Assembly (NCBI GenBank): GCA_038087875.1
Contig: CM075995.1
Span: 2,420,001 to 2,484,000 of the forward strand
Origin: Malacoraja senta
Taxonomy: Eukaryota
DNA length: 64,000 nt
Direction: 5' to 3'
Position 1 is the stretch's first letter. Every line of letters begins with the position of its first letter. The position numbers and the translations under genes are program-made. Positions 12,896 to 24,902 of this stretch are shown here, piece after piece. The notes beneath the pieces were generated by a model. It was not told the DNA's origin. It ran no database searches and saw only the letters and a list, made by a program, of their open reading frames with translations.

Positions 12896-13228
12896 CTACC
12901 CCTCTGTCCCTCTTCCACCACTCCCCCTACCCCTCTCCCCCTCCCTCCCCACTCTTCCACTTCTCTCCCCCCTTCCCCCACCCCTCTCCCTCCCCACCCT
13001 CTCTCTCCCCCTCCCTCCCTCTCTCCCTCTCTCCCCCCACCCCCTTCACCTACCCCTCTCTCCCTCTTCCACCACCCCCCTACCCCTCTCCCCCTCCCTC
13101 TCTCTCTCACTTCCACCACTCCCCCCGCCTGTGTGTTTGGGGGGTGGTTAGTGTGAGTGTGACGCCCGCAGCCCCCCCAGCAAACGCGCGTTGGAGAGAC
13201 AAACCCAACGCGTCTGCACTTGGTCTAG
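12896..13228 (+). mobile_element. CT-rich element with a Helitron-like 3' end
   Basis: Degenerate hairpin (caaaccc aac gcgtctg) 8 nt before a terminal CTAG (13225-13228), followed by T. Confidence 0.5.
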
Positions 13229-13356
13229 TAACTACTGAAAACAGAACAATGACATTCTTACATGCAGCAGCATAACAGGTTTGTAAACACAGCATTCATA
13301 CAGAACATAATAAACAAGTTCAATCATTTAAAAAAAAAATTGGCGCAATACAATTG

Positions 13357-13665
13357 GGGCAGCAAAATGGCGCAGCGGTAGAGTTGCTGCCTTACAGCGC
13401 CAGAGACCCGGTTTCGATCCTGACTGCGGGTGCTGTCTGTACAGGGTTTGCACATTCTCCCCGTGACCTGTGTGGGTTTTCTCCGAGATCTTTGGTTTCT
13501 ACTCACACTCCAAAGACGTACAGGTTTGCAGGTTAATTGGCTTGGTATAAATGTAAATTGTCCCTAGTGTGTGTAGGATAGTATTAATGTGCGGGGATCG
13601 CTGGTCGGCACGGACTCAGTGGGACGAAGGGCTGTTTCTGCGCTGTATCTCTAAACTAAACTAAA
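13357..13665 (+). mobile_element. Full-length V-SINE (HE1-like)
   Basis: A-box TGGCGCAGCGG, B-box GTTTCGATCC, core and CR1-like tail ending (CTAAA)n. Confidence 0.9.
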
Positions 13666-13785
13666 TTCAAAAAGGAAAGGCAAGAGGTATTTTTCTGTTA
13701 AACTGCAACACTCTCTTGCTACCTTGTTCAAATATTTTGAAAACTAACCAGAACATTTCTTAAGGCTATTAGTTAGAAACCCACG

Positions 13786-14008
13786 ATAGACACAAAAAGC
13801 TGGAGTAACTCAGTGGGACTGGCAGCATGTCTGAGAAGGAATGGGTGACATTTCGGGTCAAGATCATTCTTTAAATTATCTGAAGAAGGGTCTCGACCCC
13901 GAAACGTCACCCGTTCCTTCTCTCCAGATATGCTGCCTGTCCCGCTGAGTTATTCCAGCTTTTTGTGTCGCTTCGGTTTAAACCAGCATCTGCAGTTCCT
14001 TCTTGCTC
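13786..14008. mobile_element. Inverted (palindromic) PLE pLTR mini-element
   Basis: Two pLTR ends in opposite orientation, hammerhead core at 13880-13908, degenerate 15-bp TSD at 13771-13785 / 14009-14023. Confidence 0.8.
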
Positions 14009-14184
14009 AGTAAGAACCCCACGCTGGGCAGGGGGAGTGAAGGTATGAGCAAAAATTGTGATGTGAATACAGAGGCTCACGGAAGATGATTATGCGCGTG
14101 GTGGTCGGAGCGTGAAAGTGACAAGTGTATTAACGTGACAAGAGATGAGAGCGACAAATTTCCGTACTGAAAACAACAGCTCGT

Positions 14185-14592
14185 TGCCGCTGGTCAGACC
14201 ACATCTGGAGTATTGCGAGCAGTTTTGGGCCCCATATCTGAGGAAAGATATGCTGGCTTTGTGAAGGGTCCAGAGGAGGTTTACGAGAATGATCCCAGGA
14301 ATGAGCGGGTTAACGTGATTGACGGTACTGGGGCCGGGTACTCGCTGGAGTTTAGAAGGATGAGGGGGAGACCTCATTGGGTGTGTAGTGAAAGCCGTAG
14401 ATAGAATGGATGTGGAGAGGAAGTTTCCACTAGTGAAAGAGTCTAGTATCAGAGGCCATAGGTTCAGAATAAAAGGACGTACCTTAAGAAAGGAGATGAG
14501 GAGGAATTTCTTTAGGAAACGAGAGATATAGACGGTGATGTTGGTTGCTGTGGGCAAGTTGGGCCGACGCTGTATGACTCTATGTTTCTCTA
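14185..14592 (+). mobile_element. Degenerate CR1 fragment
   Basis: ctggtcagaccacatctggagtattg (LVRPHLEYC) through gagatgaggaggaatttcttt. Confidence 0.75.
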
Positions 14593-14631
14593 TGAAATGA
14601 TTTGCCCAACTTGCCCACACCAACCAACATG

Positions 14632-14872
14632 CCAATGGCCAGTTTCCTTTATCATCGTTACTTTTTTGCATATCTTTCATTCATTGTTCTTTATCTCTTC
14701 ACATCACCGTCTATATCTCTCGTTTCCCTTATCCCATACCGGTCTAAAGAAGGGTTTCGACCCAAAAAGTCACCCATTCCTTCTCTCCTGAGATGCTGCC
14801 TGTCCCGCTGAGTTACTCCAGCTTTATGTGTCTATCTTCGGTTTAAACCAGCATCTGCAGTTCCTTCTAACA
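14632..14872 (+). mobile_element. PLE pLTR fragment
   Basis: Same pLTR sequence as 11515-11740, with a mutated hammerhead core. Confidence 0.75.
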
Positions 14873-15021
14873 CATGTCCCATCTACATGTCTAGATGGGA
14901 GACATCTCGCCCTTCCTGCCTGCCTCTGGCCCATATCCCTCTGAACCTGTCCATGTACCTGTCTAAATGTTTCTTAAACGTTGTGATAGTACCTGCCTCA
15001 ACCAACTCCTCAATCTTACCT

Positions 15022-15501
15022 GTTTAAGAAGGAACTGCAGATGCTGGAAAATCGAAGGTACACAAAAATGCTGGAGAAACTCAGCGGGTGCAGCAGCATC
15101 TATGGAGCAAAGGAAATAGGCAACGTTTTGGGCCGAAACCCTTCTTCAGACTGATGGGGGGTGGGGAGAAGAAAGGAAAAAGGCGGAGGAGGAGCCCGAG
15201 GGCTGAGGAAGGGGAGGAGACAGCAAGGGCTAGCAAAATTGGGAGAATTCGACGTTCATGCCCCCAGGATGCAGACTCCCCAAGCTGAATATGAGGTGCT
15301 GTTCCTCCAATTTCCGGTGTTGCTCGCTCTGGCCATGGAGTCCTGGGTCTCCTCCATGGCCAGAGCGAGCAACACCGGAAATTGGAGGAACAGCACCTCA
15401 TATTCCGCTTGGGGAGTCTGCAACGTTGGGAAACGTTGCCTATTTCCTTCGCTCCATAGATGCTGCTGCACCCGCTGAGTTTCTCCAGCATTTTTGTGTA
15501 C
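15022..15501. mobile_element. PLE insertion with nested inverted repeats and 14-bp TSD
   Basis: TSD cctcaatcttacct at 15008-15021 / 15502-15515. Inner arms about 15270-15340 / 15352-15422; outer arms about 15057-15128 / 15431-15502. Confidence 0.85.
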
Positions 15502-16542
15502 CCTCAATCTTACCTCCTCACTTGATACCCATGTCCTCTGGCTCTCGATCCCCCTACTCTGGACAAGAGACTCTGTGCGTCTACCTGATCTATTCCTCAC
15601 ATGATTTTGTAAACCTCTATATTTAGGAAACATTCACGTTGAGAAAATGAAAGATAATCAGAACAAAAACACACTTGTGATAATTGTTTTGGAAACCTTT
15701 TCTGGTACAGTATACTCGTTTGAAAGCAATGTTCTTTTGACTGAAACTCTGTTTAGATAGCCAGGTCTCGTCTTTAAATAACGGCGAAGAATGGTGACAG
15801 CTCTGCCCCAGATATAGGTTGACCCTGTCATTGTGAATCTGCTGCTTGGGCAGACATCAGCCTGCTTGTTAAACAAGCCAAGAAGCACAGCCAAGACACA
15901 TGCAAGCAGGGACGATAACAGGATTTACTGGTCCACGGTCCCTTGTGGAAATGAAAAATGAAGAGCACACGGACCCCTGTTAAGATTATGCTGCAACCCC
16001 CAGCCAACCCCCCGGCTCATTATTAACTGGCATAAATTCCCGGCAGTCTGAGTGGGACCTTCTGATCTTCGGAAAATGGAGGATTCCATCCTGAGCGTGG
16101 AATTACCATCTTTTTGTTTAAGCCAGATTCAGCTGCTGACACTGGCATAAGAAGATTACAGAGGCATCAACAAGATGAGTGCCTAAACTCATTAATTCCT
16201 GAGTGCTGTTTGTAATCGGTGGAGCTTGAAATTTGCATTTTGCATTTTGCCGTCCTACTGCTCGTCCCGTGTGAAGAGTGTTCAAAGCTAAGTAATACCG
16301 GCGGGGATAAGTCTCACAGCGCTCAACGTCGTCAACCTAAGACACCTGCCAATAAACTGGCATCGAGGACCTGGAGACAGCGGCCACCTTCTAAAAGCCG
16401 CAACATGTAAAATTATTATGGATAGCAATTTGGATAACTCTCTCGTGGCAGTGATTTACTTTCCTGTCATACTTGCTCTGTCACTCCCCCAGCGACGTGT
16501 GTCCAGACTGTGTTCTATGGTCCGAAAATTGTTTAACTATTA

Positions 16543-16858
16543 GGGCGGCACGATGGCGCCGCGGTAGAGCTATTGCCTTACAGCGCCAGAGACCCGGGTT
16601 CGATCCTGACTAACGGTGCTTGTCTGTACGGAGTTGGTACGTTCTCCCCGTGACCTGCGTGGGTTTTCTCTGAGATCTTCGGTTTCCTCTCACACTCCAA
16701 AGACGTACAGCTTTGTAGGTTAATTGGCCTAGTATAAAAATAATGTGAAAACTGTCCCTAGTGTGTGTAGGATGCGTTAATGTGCAGGGTGACTGGTCAG
16801 TGCGGACTCGGTGGGCCGAAGGGCCTGTTTCTGCACTGTGGCTCTAAACTAAACTAAA
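16543..16858 (+). mobile_element. Full-length V-SINE (HE1-like)
   Basis: gggcggcacg head, GGTTCGATCC B-box, ggtttcctc..cactccaaagac core and (CTAAA)n tail. Confidence 0.9.
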
Positions 16859-17030
16859 TTCTTTGGCAGAGGAAGTGTGAATTATGGAAGATATAAGTAG
16901 ACAGTGGAGATTTTATTTTATTTTGGAAGTTTACAGTGGCAGAATATGAAATATTTAAAATATTTTTACGTTATTTCCTCACCATTGCCCATGTAAGATG
17001 TTGGCAAGACAGCTGCTTAAGCATATTATG

Positions 17031-17236
17031 TGTAGGAAGTAACTGCAGATGCTGGTTTATGCTGAAGATAGACACAAAATACTGGAGTAACTCAGCGGGT
17101 CAGGCAGCATCTCTGGAGAAACAAAATAGGTGACGTTTCATCATCTGATGAAGGGTCTCGACCGGAAACGTCACCTATTTCTTTTCTCTAGAGATGCTGC
17201 CTGACCCGCTGAGTTACTCCAGTATTTTGTGTCTAT
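17031..17236. mobile_element. Palindromic PLE mini-element with 15-bp TSD
   Basis: TSD cttaagcatattatg at 17016-17030 / 17237-17251; CTGATGA..GAAACGTC at 17145-17172. Confidence 0.85.
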
Positions 17237-17254
17237 CTTAAGCATATTATGGTT

Positions 17255-17527
17255 CGGAGTTAGATATTCAACTGTTATCAGGCAACAGAACCATCCTAAC
17301 AATAATTAGAGAGCAGTCCTGTACAACTATCTACTTCATTAGAGACCCTCAGACTATCTTTGATCAGACTTTACAGGACTTTGTACTAAACGTTATTCTC
17401 TTCATCATGTATCCGTGCACTGTGGATGGCTCGATTGTAATCATGTATTGTCTTTCCGCTGACTGGTTGGCACGCAACAAAAGCTTTTCACTGTACCTCA
17501 GTACACGTGACAATAAACCAAACTAAA
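17255..17527 (+). mobile_element. Rex1/Babar-type 3' end
   Basis: ctgttatcaggcaac..gcttttcactgtacctc..aataaac tail, shared with 31297-31742, 39415-39685 and 58660-59170. Confidence 0.65.
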
Positions 17528-17704
17528 CTTTACCTCTGAACTTCAGGGCTAGATGGTTTTTGAAGTAGATCTGATTGAATGGAAAGGATAGAATTATGGA
17601 GCTAAAACCGCTCTTTCCTAAGTCTGCAAGAAAATATTATTATTGTTATGTAAAATAAAATGATCCTGTTTCTCAGAAAGATGTTTCTCAACGTCCATCC
17701 CTCT

Positions 17705-18127
17705 TTAGTTTAGTCTAGTTTAGAGACACAGCGTAGAAACAGGCCCTTCGGCCCACCGAGTCCGTGCCGACAAGGGATCCCCGCACACTGGTACTATCCT
17801 CCACACACTAGGGACAATTTACAACTTTTACCGCACGGTGGCACAGCGGTAGAGTTGCAGCCTTACAGCGCCAGAGACCCAGATTCGATCTTGTCTACAG
17901 GTGCTATCTATACGGAGTTTGTACGTTCTCCCCGTGACCCACGTGGGTTTTCTCCGGGTGCTCTGGTTTCCTCCCACACTCCAAAGACGTACAAGTTTGT
18001 AGGTTCATTGGTTTTGGCAAAAATTGTAAATTGTCCCTAGTGTGTAGGTTGTTGTCAGAGTACGGGGATCGCTGGTCGGTGTGGGCCGAAGGGCCTGTTA
18101 TCGCACTGTGACTCTAAATTCAACTAA
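17705..18127. mobile_element. V-SINE 3' part (minus, 17705-17830) directly abutting a near full-length V-SINE (plus)
   Basis: Tails at both outer ends in inverted orientation. Confidence 0.85.
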
Positions 18128-18715
18128 AGTGCTGATCATGACGAGAGACTATAACGGAAACTGATCCTGAACAGGCACATTGAAGGAATCCAAAACAGAA
18201 ATAAGACTTTGCAGCTCTGATCTTACAAAGGCCGGCTTAACTGAGTATGCCGAAGGATCAAACCGTTGCTGAATCAGCATATCACCAGGTAAAGCCCCAA
18301 GCCCATCGGAGAGACATCCGATAATATGTGGAATTCATTGCCACAGACGACTGTGGAGGCCAAGTCAATGGATATTTGTAAGGTGGAGATTGATAGGTAC
18401 TTGATTAGTAAGGGTGTCAAGGGTTATGGGGAGACGGCAGGAGAATGGGGTTGAGAGGGAAAGATTGATCGGCCATGATTGAATGGCGGAGTAGACGTGT
18501 TAGGCCGAATGGACTAATTTTGCTAACATAATTGCAAATTTTAGGCCATTATAGGTAGAGGTGTTCATTCAGGGGAATTCAAAACATCCAGTTTATTATA
18601 TTGTCTCATTTTGGAATTTGTTGCAACCCCCGAGAAGTATTTTTGCATTGATGTATGGAAATGCAATTAATATATGTTCCGAGCCAACAAATGCCCTGGC
18701 AGGAAAGCTTGTCAG

Positions 18716-19561
18716 GAGAGCTTCAGGTACCTCGGCATCCACATCTCCCAGGACCTGACATGGTCACACCACCTCAGCAGCCTGGTAAAGAAGGCCAACC
18801 AGCGTCTTTACCATCTCAGACGGCTGAGGGACTTCAAGCTCCCCCTCAGGGTGCTCAAGAACTTCTACACCCATACTGTGGAGAGCATCCTGAGTGGGAG
18901 CATCATCACCTGGATGGGGAACACCATCAGGAGGGACCAACTGGCTCTGAGGAGGGTGGTTCGCTCAGCTGAGCGGACCATCAAAACCACCCTTCCCAAC
19001 CTGCAGGACATCTACACCAAGCGCTGCAGGTCAAGAGCCAGGAGGATTATCCAGGACCACACTCACCCCAACAACAGACTGTTTTCCCTGTTGCCCTCAG
19101 GGAAACGGTACCGGCTGCTCAGGGCCAACACGGAGAGAATGAGGAGGAGTTTCTTTCCCCAGGCCATGAGACTGCTGAACGAGGACGGAGTGTCGCCGCC
19201 CCCCCCTCCCCCCAGCCCCCCATGCCCAAACCCCCCGCCCCGCATCGCCACCATCAAACACACACACATGGGACTGAACTGGATGGAACATGCTGTCATC
19301 ACAGGTATTCCATGGCACTTGTCACTTTGCTTGTAACAGCACTACTTGTTATGTGGTATATTTATGGGGTATGTGTTATATGTAGGTATTGTTTTATGTA
19401 GGTTATGTGGTATTATGTGTTATATGTGGGTATTGTTTATGTGGGTTATGTGTAAGTGGGGAACCATGCACAACTGGACAGGCACTTAAGCATTTCACTA
19501 CTGGTTATACCTGTATAATTGAGTATGTGACCAATAAACCTGAATTGAATTGAATTGAATT
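18716..19561 (+). mobile_element. Rex1/Babar LINE, 5'-truncated, C-terminal frame intact
   Basis: FRYLGIHISQDLTW..KKANQRLYHLRRL..VESIL..DHTHP..FSLLPSGKRYR..SFFPQAMRLLN; AATAAA followed by a (GAATT)n tail. Confidence 0.85.
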
Positions 19562-20534
19562 GTTTATGGCAAATTTGCTCCAGAATAACTTTAATAATAA
19601 ATTGTGTCGAGCGTTTTTACTTAACAGACTGCAGTTATTATAATTAACAGCTGCTCCTGAGGTCTATACCAATTGTTGGAAGCCAACTCTATCACGCCAC
19701 TTCAGCCTTTGTCCTCAATAGATGCACTACATTTGCTTCTGCAGGGATAAGCTTACGACCCATTTGATGTTGTGAGTTGTTACTTGGAGAAGCCTGAGTT
19801 CCTGCTTCAGACGGCATGTGCAATTGTGTACTTTGCTCAATAATTAAACACGCGAACAAAATATCCTTTTAATGACGTTCCTGCAAAGGGCATAAGCGTT
19901 AAAAAGGGCCGCAGCGTGCCTGACTTAATTTAGACGGGGGGCCGAATGCCAACATTTTCCAGTGAAATAGAAAAACTGCTAAACTGAAGAAGGTACGATG
20001 TGCTACTGTGCACTGAAATGTTAATCCCTGGGCACTCCTAGTAGCATATCAACCCATTCGCTGTTAGACATTAACACCAGGCAAACTGTAAATAATCTAA
20101 CACCAATGTAAATCATAAGCCGGTGAGGCCATAGTATCCACAACACTCAGAACCATCTGTCCACACAAGAAACAGAAAATTACATGTATTGTACGTTCAT
20201 TCTTGTTCAGTTGGGATAAGGCCTTAAGGAACACACCTGTGCTCGCACAAGAGGCAGACATTTTAATAGGACATAGAACTTTGAAAGGTATAAAACTGGA
20301 GCAGGCCCTTTGGCCCACTATGTCTGTGCCGAACATGATGTCAAGATAAATGATCTTATCTGCTTGCATGTGATTCATATTTTCATAAGTCATAGGAGCC
20401 ATTCGGCCCATGAGTCTTCTCCGCCAGGCAATCATGGCTGATCCACCTTTCCCTCACAACCCCATTCTCCTGCCATCTCCCCATAACGTTTGACACCCTT
20501 GCTAATCAAGAATCTGTCAATCTCAACTTTAAAA

Positions 20535-20953
20535 GGGCCATTCTCCGGAAAGTAAACCAACGTGTCACACACGTGACCAGATCACATAATACATAAAAAA
20601 ATTACTGTGCGATTAATCTTATTCATTGCTATTTTCCTGCCAACAGAACTATAATGCATGTCTGCTAAAGATATGAACATTCTAGCTATTAAAAATTCAG
20701 AGTTTGGAAGATAGAACTGAGTTATAAAAAAAATGCTTCCGAGCGAGGTCACACACGTGACCAGTCATATTTGACCTCTGACCCTAAACAAACATTGTCA
20801 GCATAACATAAAAATTTCGCTTGATAAACTTCAGACAAAATATGAATCATATATACAATACAAAACAATATACCTGTAACGCTCTCAGAATTAGAAGAGA
20901 TGTATTCCACAATTTTTCATATTTTCAGTCACACACCTGACTAAGAATGGGCC
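20535..20953. mobile_element. Non-autonomous DNA transposon, possibly Sola2-like
   Basis: Ends GGGCCATTCT / AGAATGGGCC, flanked by AAAA on both sides, interrupting a CR1 tail; three internal GTCACACACSTGAC motifs. Confidence 0.5.
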
Positions 20954-21696
20954 AAAAATACCCAATGACGGTCTCCACAACCGCCTGTGCCATTTCCCTC
21001 CATTCCTTGCATATTCAAGTGCTATCTAAAAGCGTGTAGGAAGGAACTGCAAATAGACACTAGACACAAAATGCTGGAGTAACTCAGCAGGACAGGCAGC
21101 GTCTCTGGAGAGTAGGAATGGGTGACTTTTTGGGTCGAGACCCTTCTTCAGACTGTATCAGCGGGGCAGGTCTGGCTATAGCGCCCAGGTCGCTTGCGTG
21201 CCCCGGGACTGGCTGCAGTTCCCAGGTCGCGTAAACTAATTGGAAAAAAAAAACACCGGATGATTTCGTGCCGACCCCTTTCCTAGATGTCAGGCCTCAT
21301 TGTGTCCCCCCCCCCCCCATGTTTTAAAAGCGATTCCCGCCCATGGTGGGGAGTGTTATGTAGTAACCTAAAATTTGAGAATTAAATGAATTTATTGAAT
21401 GGCAACAGAGAACAAAGCAATGGACAAACTCAGCAAGTCAGGCAGTAACTATGGAGGGAATGGACAGATAAGGGTTCGAATCAGGGACCTTCTTCAGATC
21501 ATTCCCACAGATACTGCCTGACCCGCTGAGTTCCTCCAGTTCTTTGTGTTTTAATCAACTTTCCTGCATCTTCAGGTTCTTATGCCTCTCTTGCTGAATG
21601 ACAGAGCAGGCATAAGGGGCCAAATGGTCTATTCCTGTTACTGCCTTTTATTTAGGACTTAATTGTGGTCTTGCCAGTGTCATCAACTTACAAGAA

Positions 21697-21968
21697 TGGT
21701 GCAGCACGGTGGCGCAGCGCCAGAGACCCAGGTTCGAACCCCACTACGGCTGCTTGTCTAGACGGAGTTTGTACGTTCTCCCCGTGACCTGCGTGGGTTT
21801 TCTGCTGGAGTTCCGGTTTCCTCCCACACTCCAAAGACGTAGAGGTTTGTAGGTTAATTGGTTTGGTATAACTGTACATTGTCCCCAGTGTGTGTAGGAT
21901 AGTGTTAGTGTATGGGGATCGCTGGCCGGTGCGAGCCCGATAGGCCGAAGGGCCTGTATCTCTAAACT
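21697..21968 (+). mobile_element. V-SINE (HE1-like)
   Basis: Head, B-box GGTTCGAACC, core and tail. Confidence 0.85.
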
Positions 21969-21977
21969 TTCACTGTA

Positions 21978-22375
21978 GAGGGGATCTTATAGAAGCACAT
22001 AAAATTCTTAAGGGATTGGACAGGCTAGATGCAGGAAAAATGTGCCCGATGTTGGGGGAGTCCAGAACCAGGGGTCACAGTTTAAGAATAAGGGATAGGC
22101 CATTTAGGACTGAGATGAGGAAAAACTTTTTCACCCAGAAAGTTGCGAATCTGTGGAATTCTCTGCCACAGAGGGCACTGGAGGCTAATCCACTGGATTT
22201 ATTCAAGAGAGAGTTAGATATAGCTCTTGGGGCTAATGAATCATGGATTATGGGGAGAAAGCAGGAACGAGGTACTGTTTTTGGATGATCAGCCACGACC
22301 ATATTGAATGGCGGTGCTGGCTCGAAGGGCCGAATGGCCTACTCCTGCACCCATTTTCGATGTTTCTATGTTCCT
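21978..22375 (+). mobile_element. CR1 3' fragment
   Basis: LDAGKM..ESRTRGHSLRI..FFTQKVANLWNSLP. Confidence 0.88.
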
Positions 22376-22933
22376 AACTAAACTAAATATTTAAGTTTCA
22401 TTACTGTTGGGGGGGGCGAGGTGGAGGAGGTAGGATGAAGAAAGGGAGATTGTGACGGGCTCATTATCTTTTCCACCATATGTCAGCAAGGAAGATCCAT
22501 GCTCAGAATAAATGACTACTTACAGTATGTCACGCGAGGCAAATAAGACTACAGTGTGTTGGGATTGGAAGCTCCGTGCCAATACTTCCGTCTCCGCAAA
22601 TTGTCGACCTGTTCTGACCATCTGTTTAAATGCTAACGTGTGAACGTGAAACTGGGTCCATGAGATGCAGATTCGCACCTGATGGTTTTAGTAATTAGTC
22701 TTCGTGACGGGGAAGTTTGCCGAGAATGCCAGCTCCGCGATGCTGGAACCACAGTTCCCATCAGATATTCCAGGTTCACTGTCCATATGCCAGCTCCTAC
22801 CTCCACAGGCTGACAAGACAATTGCCGCTGAAAATGCCGCCAAAATATTCATTGAAAAGCGTGAGTACCGAAGGAGTCAAGAGTGTTTAATTGTCCTGTG
22901 TACTGACTACAGTACTATGAAACAATCACAATC

Positions 22934-23580
22934 ATAATAATACTTTATTAGCCAAGTATGTTTTGCAACATACGAGGAAGTTCATTTGCCAAGTCAGTCA
23001 TACAAATAAAAAGCAACAGAACACACAAAGCACATTTAACATAAACATCCACCACAGTGACTCCTCCACATTCCTCACTGTGATGGAAGGCGAAAAATAA
23101 AGTTCAATCTCTTCCCTTGTTTGCTCTCCCGCGGTCGGGGGCCTCAAACCCTCCGTTGACGAGATGATCTTGACTCCCGTAGCCGGCGGTCGGGCCCACC
23201 GCATTGGGGTGATCAGCTCCTGCATCGGGGGGGATGTCAGAAAGGCGATCGAATCTGTCGGGGCTGGTCGAGCCTCTGCGTTGTTGGAGCTCCCGACATC
23301 CACGACCCTTCCCGAGACTGCGAGCCCTTGATGGTAAGTCTCCACGCCGCAGTTGGAGCGACCCCAGACAAGGGATCAAATCCGATGTTAAGTCCATGCC
23401 CCGTGGGGGCGCTCAAGGTCAGTCCGAGGAGGCCTCCAGCTCCATCGATGGTAGGCCGCAGAGCGACCAGAGACACGTCCGGAACGTAATCGCATCTCCG
23501 GCAGGTAAGACACTGAAAAAAAAGTTTCCCCCGACCCCTACCCCCACATAAAACAAACCAGAGAACATATACATACATTT
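22934..23580 (-). mobile_element. GC/CpG-rich non-autonomous retroposon with AATAAA and (ATT)n 3' tail
   Basis: Minus-strand end ..aataaagtattattatg; no coding homology recognised. Confidence 0.45.
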
Positions 23581-23639
23581 TTCCTGCATTCTTACTTGCT
23601 GCAGCATAACAGATCTATAAGCGCTATACAATTCGAATA

Positions 23640-24360
23640 GTGAAAGGCCTGGATAGAGTAGATGTGGAGAGGATGTTACCACTATAGACAGTAGACAATA
23701 GGTGCAGGAGTAGGCCATTCGACTCTTCGAGCCAGCACCGCCATTCAATGTGATCATGGCTGATCATCCACAATCAGTACCCCGTTCCTGCCTTCTCCCC
23801 ATATCCCCTGACTCCGCTATCCTTAAGTGCCCTATCTAGCTCTCTCTTGAAAGTATCCAGAGAACCGGCCTCCACCGTCCACTGAGGCAGAGAATTCCAC
23901 AGACTAACAACTCTCTGTGTGAAAAAAGTGTTTCCTCATCTCCATTCTAAATGGCTTACCCCTTTATTCTTAAACTGTGGGCCCTGGTTCTGGACTCCCG
24001 CAACATCGGGAACATGTTTCATGCCTCTAGCGTGTCCAAACGCTTAATAATCTTACGTTTCACTTGTGGATGGGGCTAGGACCAGAGGTAGCCTCAGAAT
24101 AAAAGGACGTACCTTTAGAAAGGAGATGAGAAGAACATTCTTTACTCATAAGGTGGTGAATCTATGGAATTCATTGTCACATAAAGCTGTGGAGGCTATT
24201 AATGGATATTTTTAAGGCAGAGATTGATAGAACCTTGATTAGTATGGGGAGAAGGAAGGAGATGGGTTTGAGAGGGAAAAATAGATCAGCCGTAATGGAA
24301 TGGCAGAGTAGACCTGATGGGCCAAATGGCCTAATTTTGCTCCTATCACTTATGAATTTA
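23640..24360. mobile_element. CR1 (plus) interrupted by a CR1 3' end (minus, about 23685-24056)
   Basis: Host reads ggatgttaccact..gtggatggggctaggaccagagg across the insert; the insert is very similar to 8243-8600. Confidence 0.8.
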
Positions 24361-24902
24361 AGAACAAATAGATAATATATAATAAGCAAAAATTCAATAA
24401 ATTAATAACCACAATAAATGCTGGAGTAACTCGGCAAGTCAGGCAGCATCTCGAGAGAACATGGATAGGAGATATTTCGGGTCGGCTCCCTTCTTCAATC
24501 TGAAAAGGGTCCCAGCTCGATGGTGGTCACGGTTTTCAGTCTCCTAAGATAGACACAAAATGCTGGAGTAACAGCGGGACAGGCAGCATCTGTGGATAGA
24601 AGGAATGGGTGACGTTTCGGGTCGAGACCCTTCTTCAGATTCCTATGCTTTCTTCCCAATGGTAGGAGAGAAATGAGAGGATGGCTAGGGTGGTGTGGAT
24701 CTTTGATGATGCTGGCTGCCGTTTTGAGGCTGGATCTCCTATAGATCCCATCGTTGTTGGGGAGGTCAATACATGTGATGGACCGGGTAGTGTCTATCAA
24801 AATCTGAATTCTAGTTACATAATATCTGAAGCATAGCGATTGCTACATTAGGACTTGAGCAGACAAAAGATGTCCTATGCTCTGTCTTATGATCTTATGA
24901 TA

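Noticed and set aside
12739..13275. Proline-rich 178-aa ORF and overlapping ORFs
   Set aside because: Translation of a SINE plus a C/T low-complexity tract.
13357..13430. tRNA genes at SINE heads
   Set aside because: A and B boxes are present but run straight into SINE core and tail; no complete cloverleaf.
23480..23512. U1 snRNA-like start (CTTACCTG..GGAGAT) on the minus strand
   Set aside because: Similarity is limited to a few short words; no U1 stem-loops or Sm site follow.
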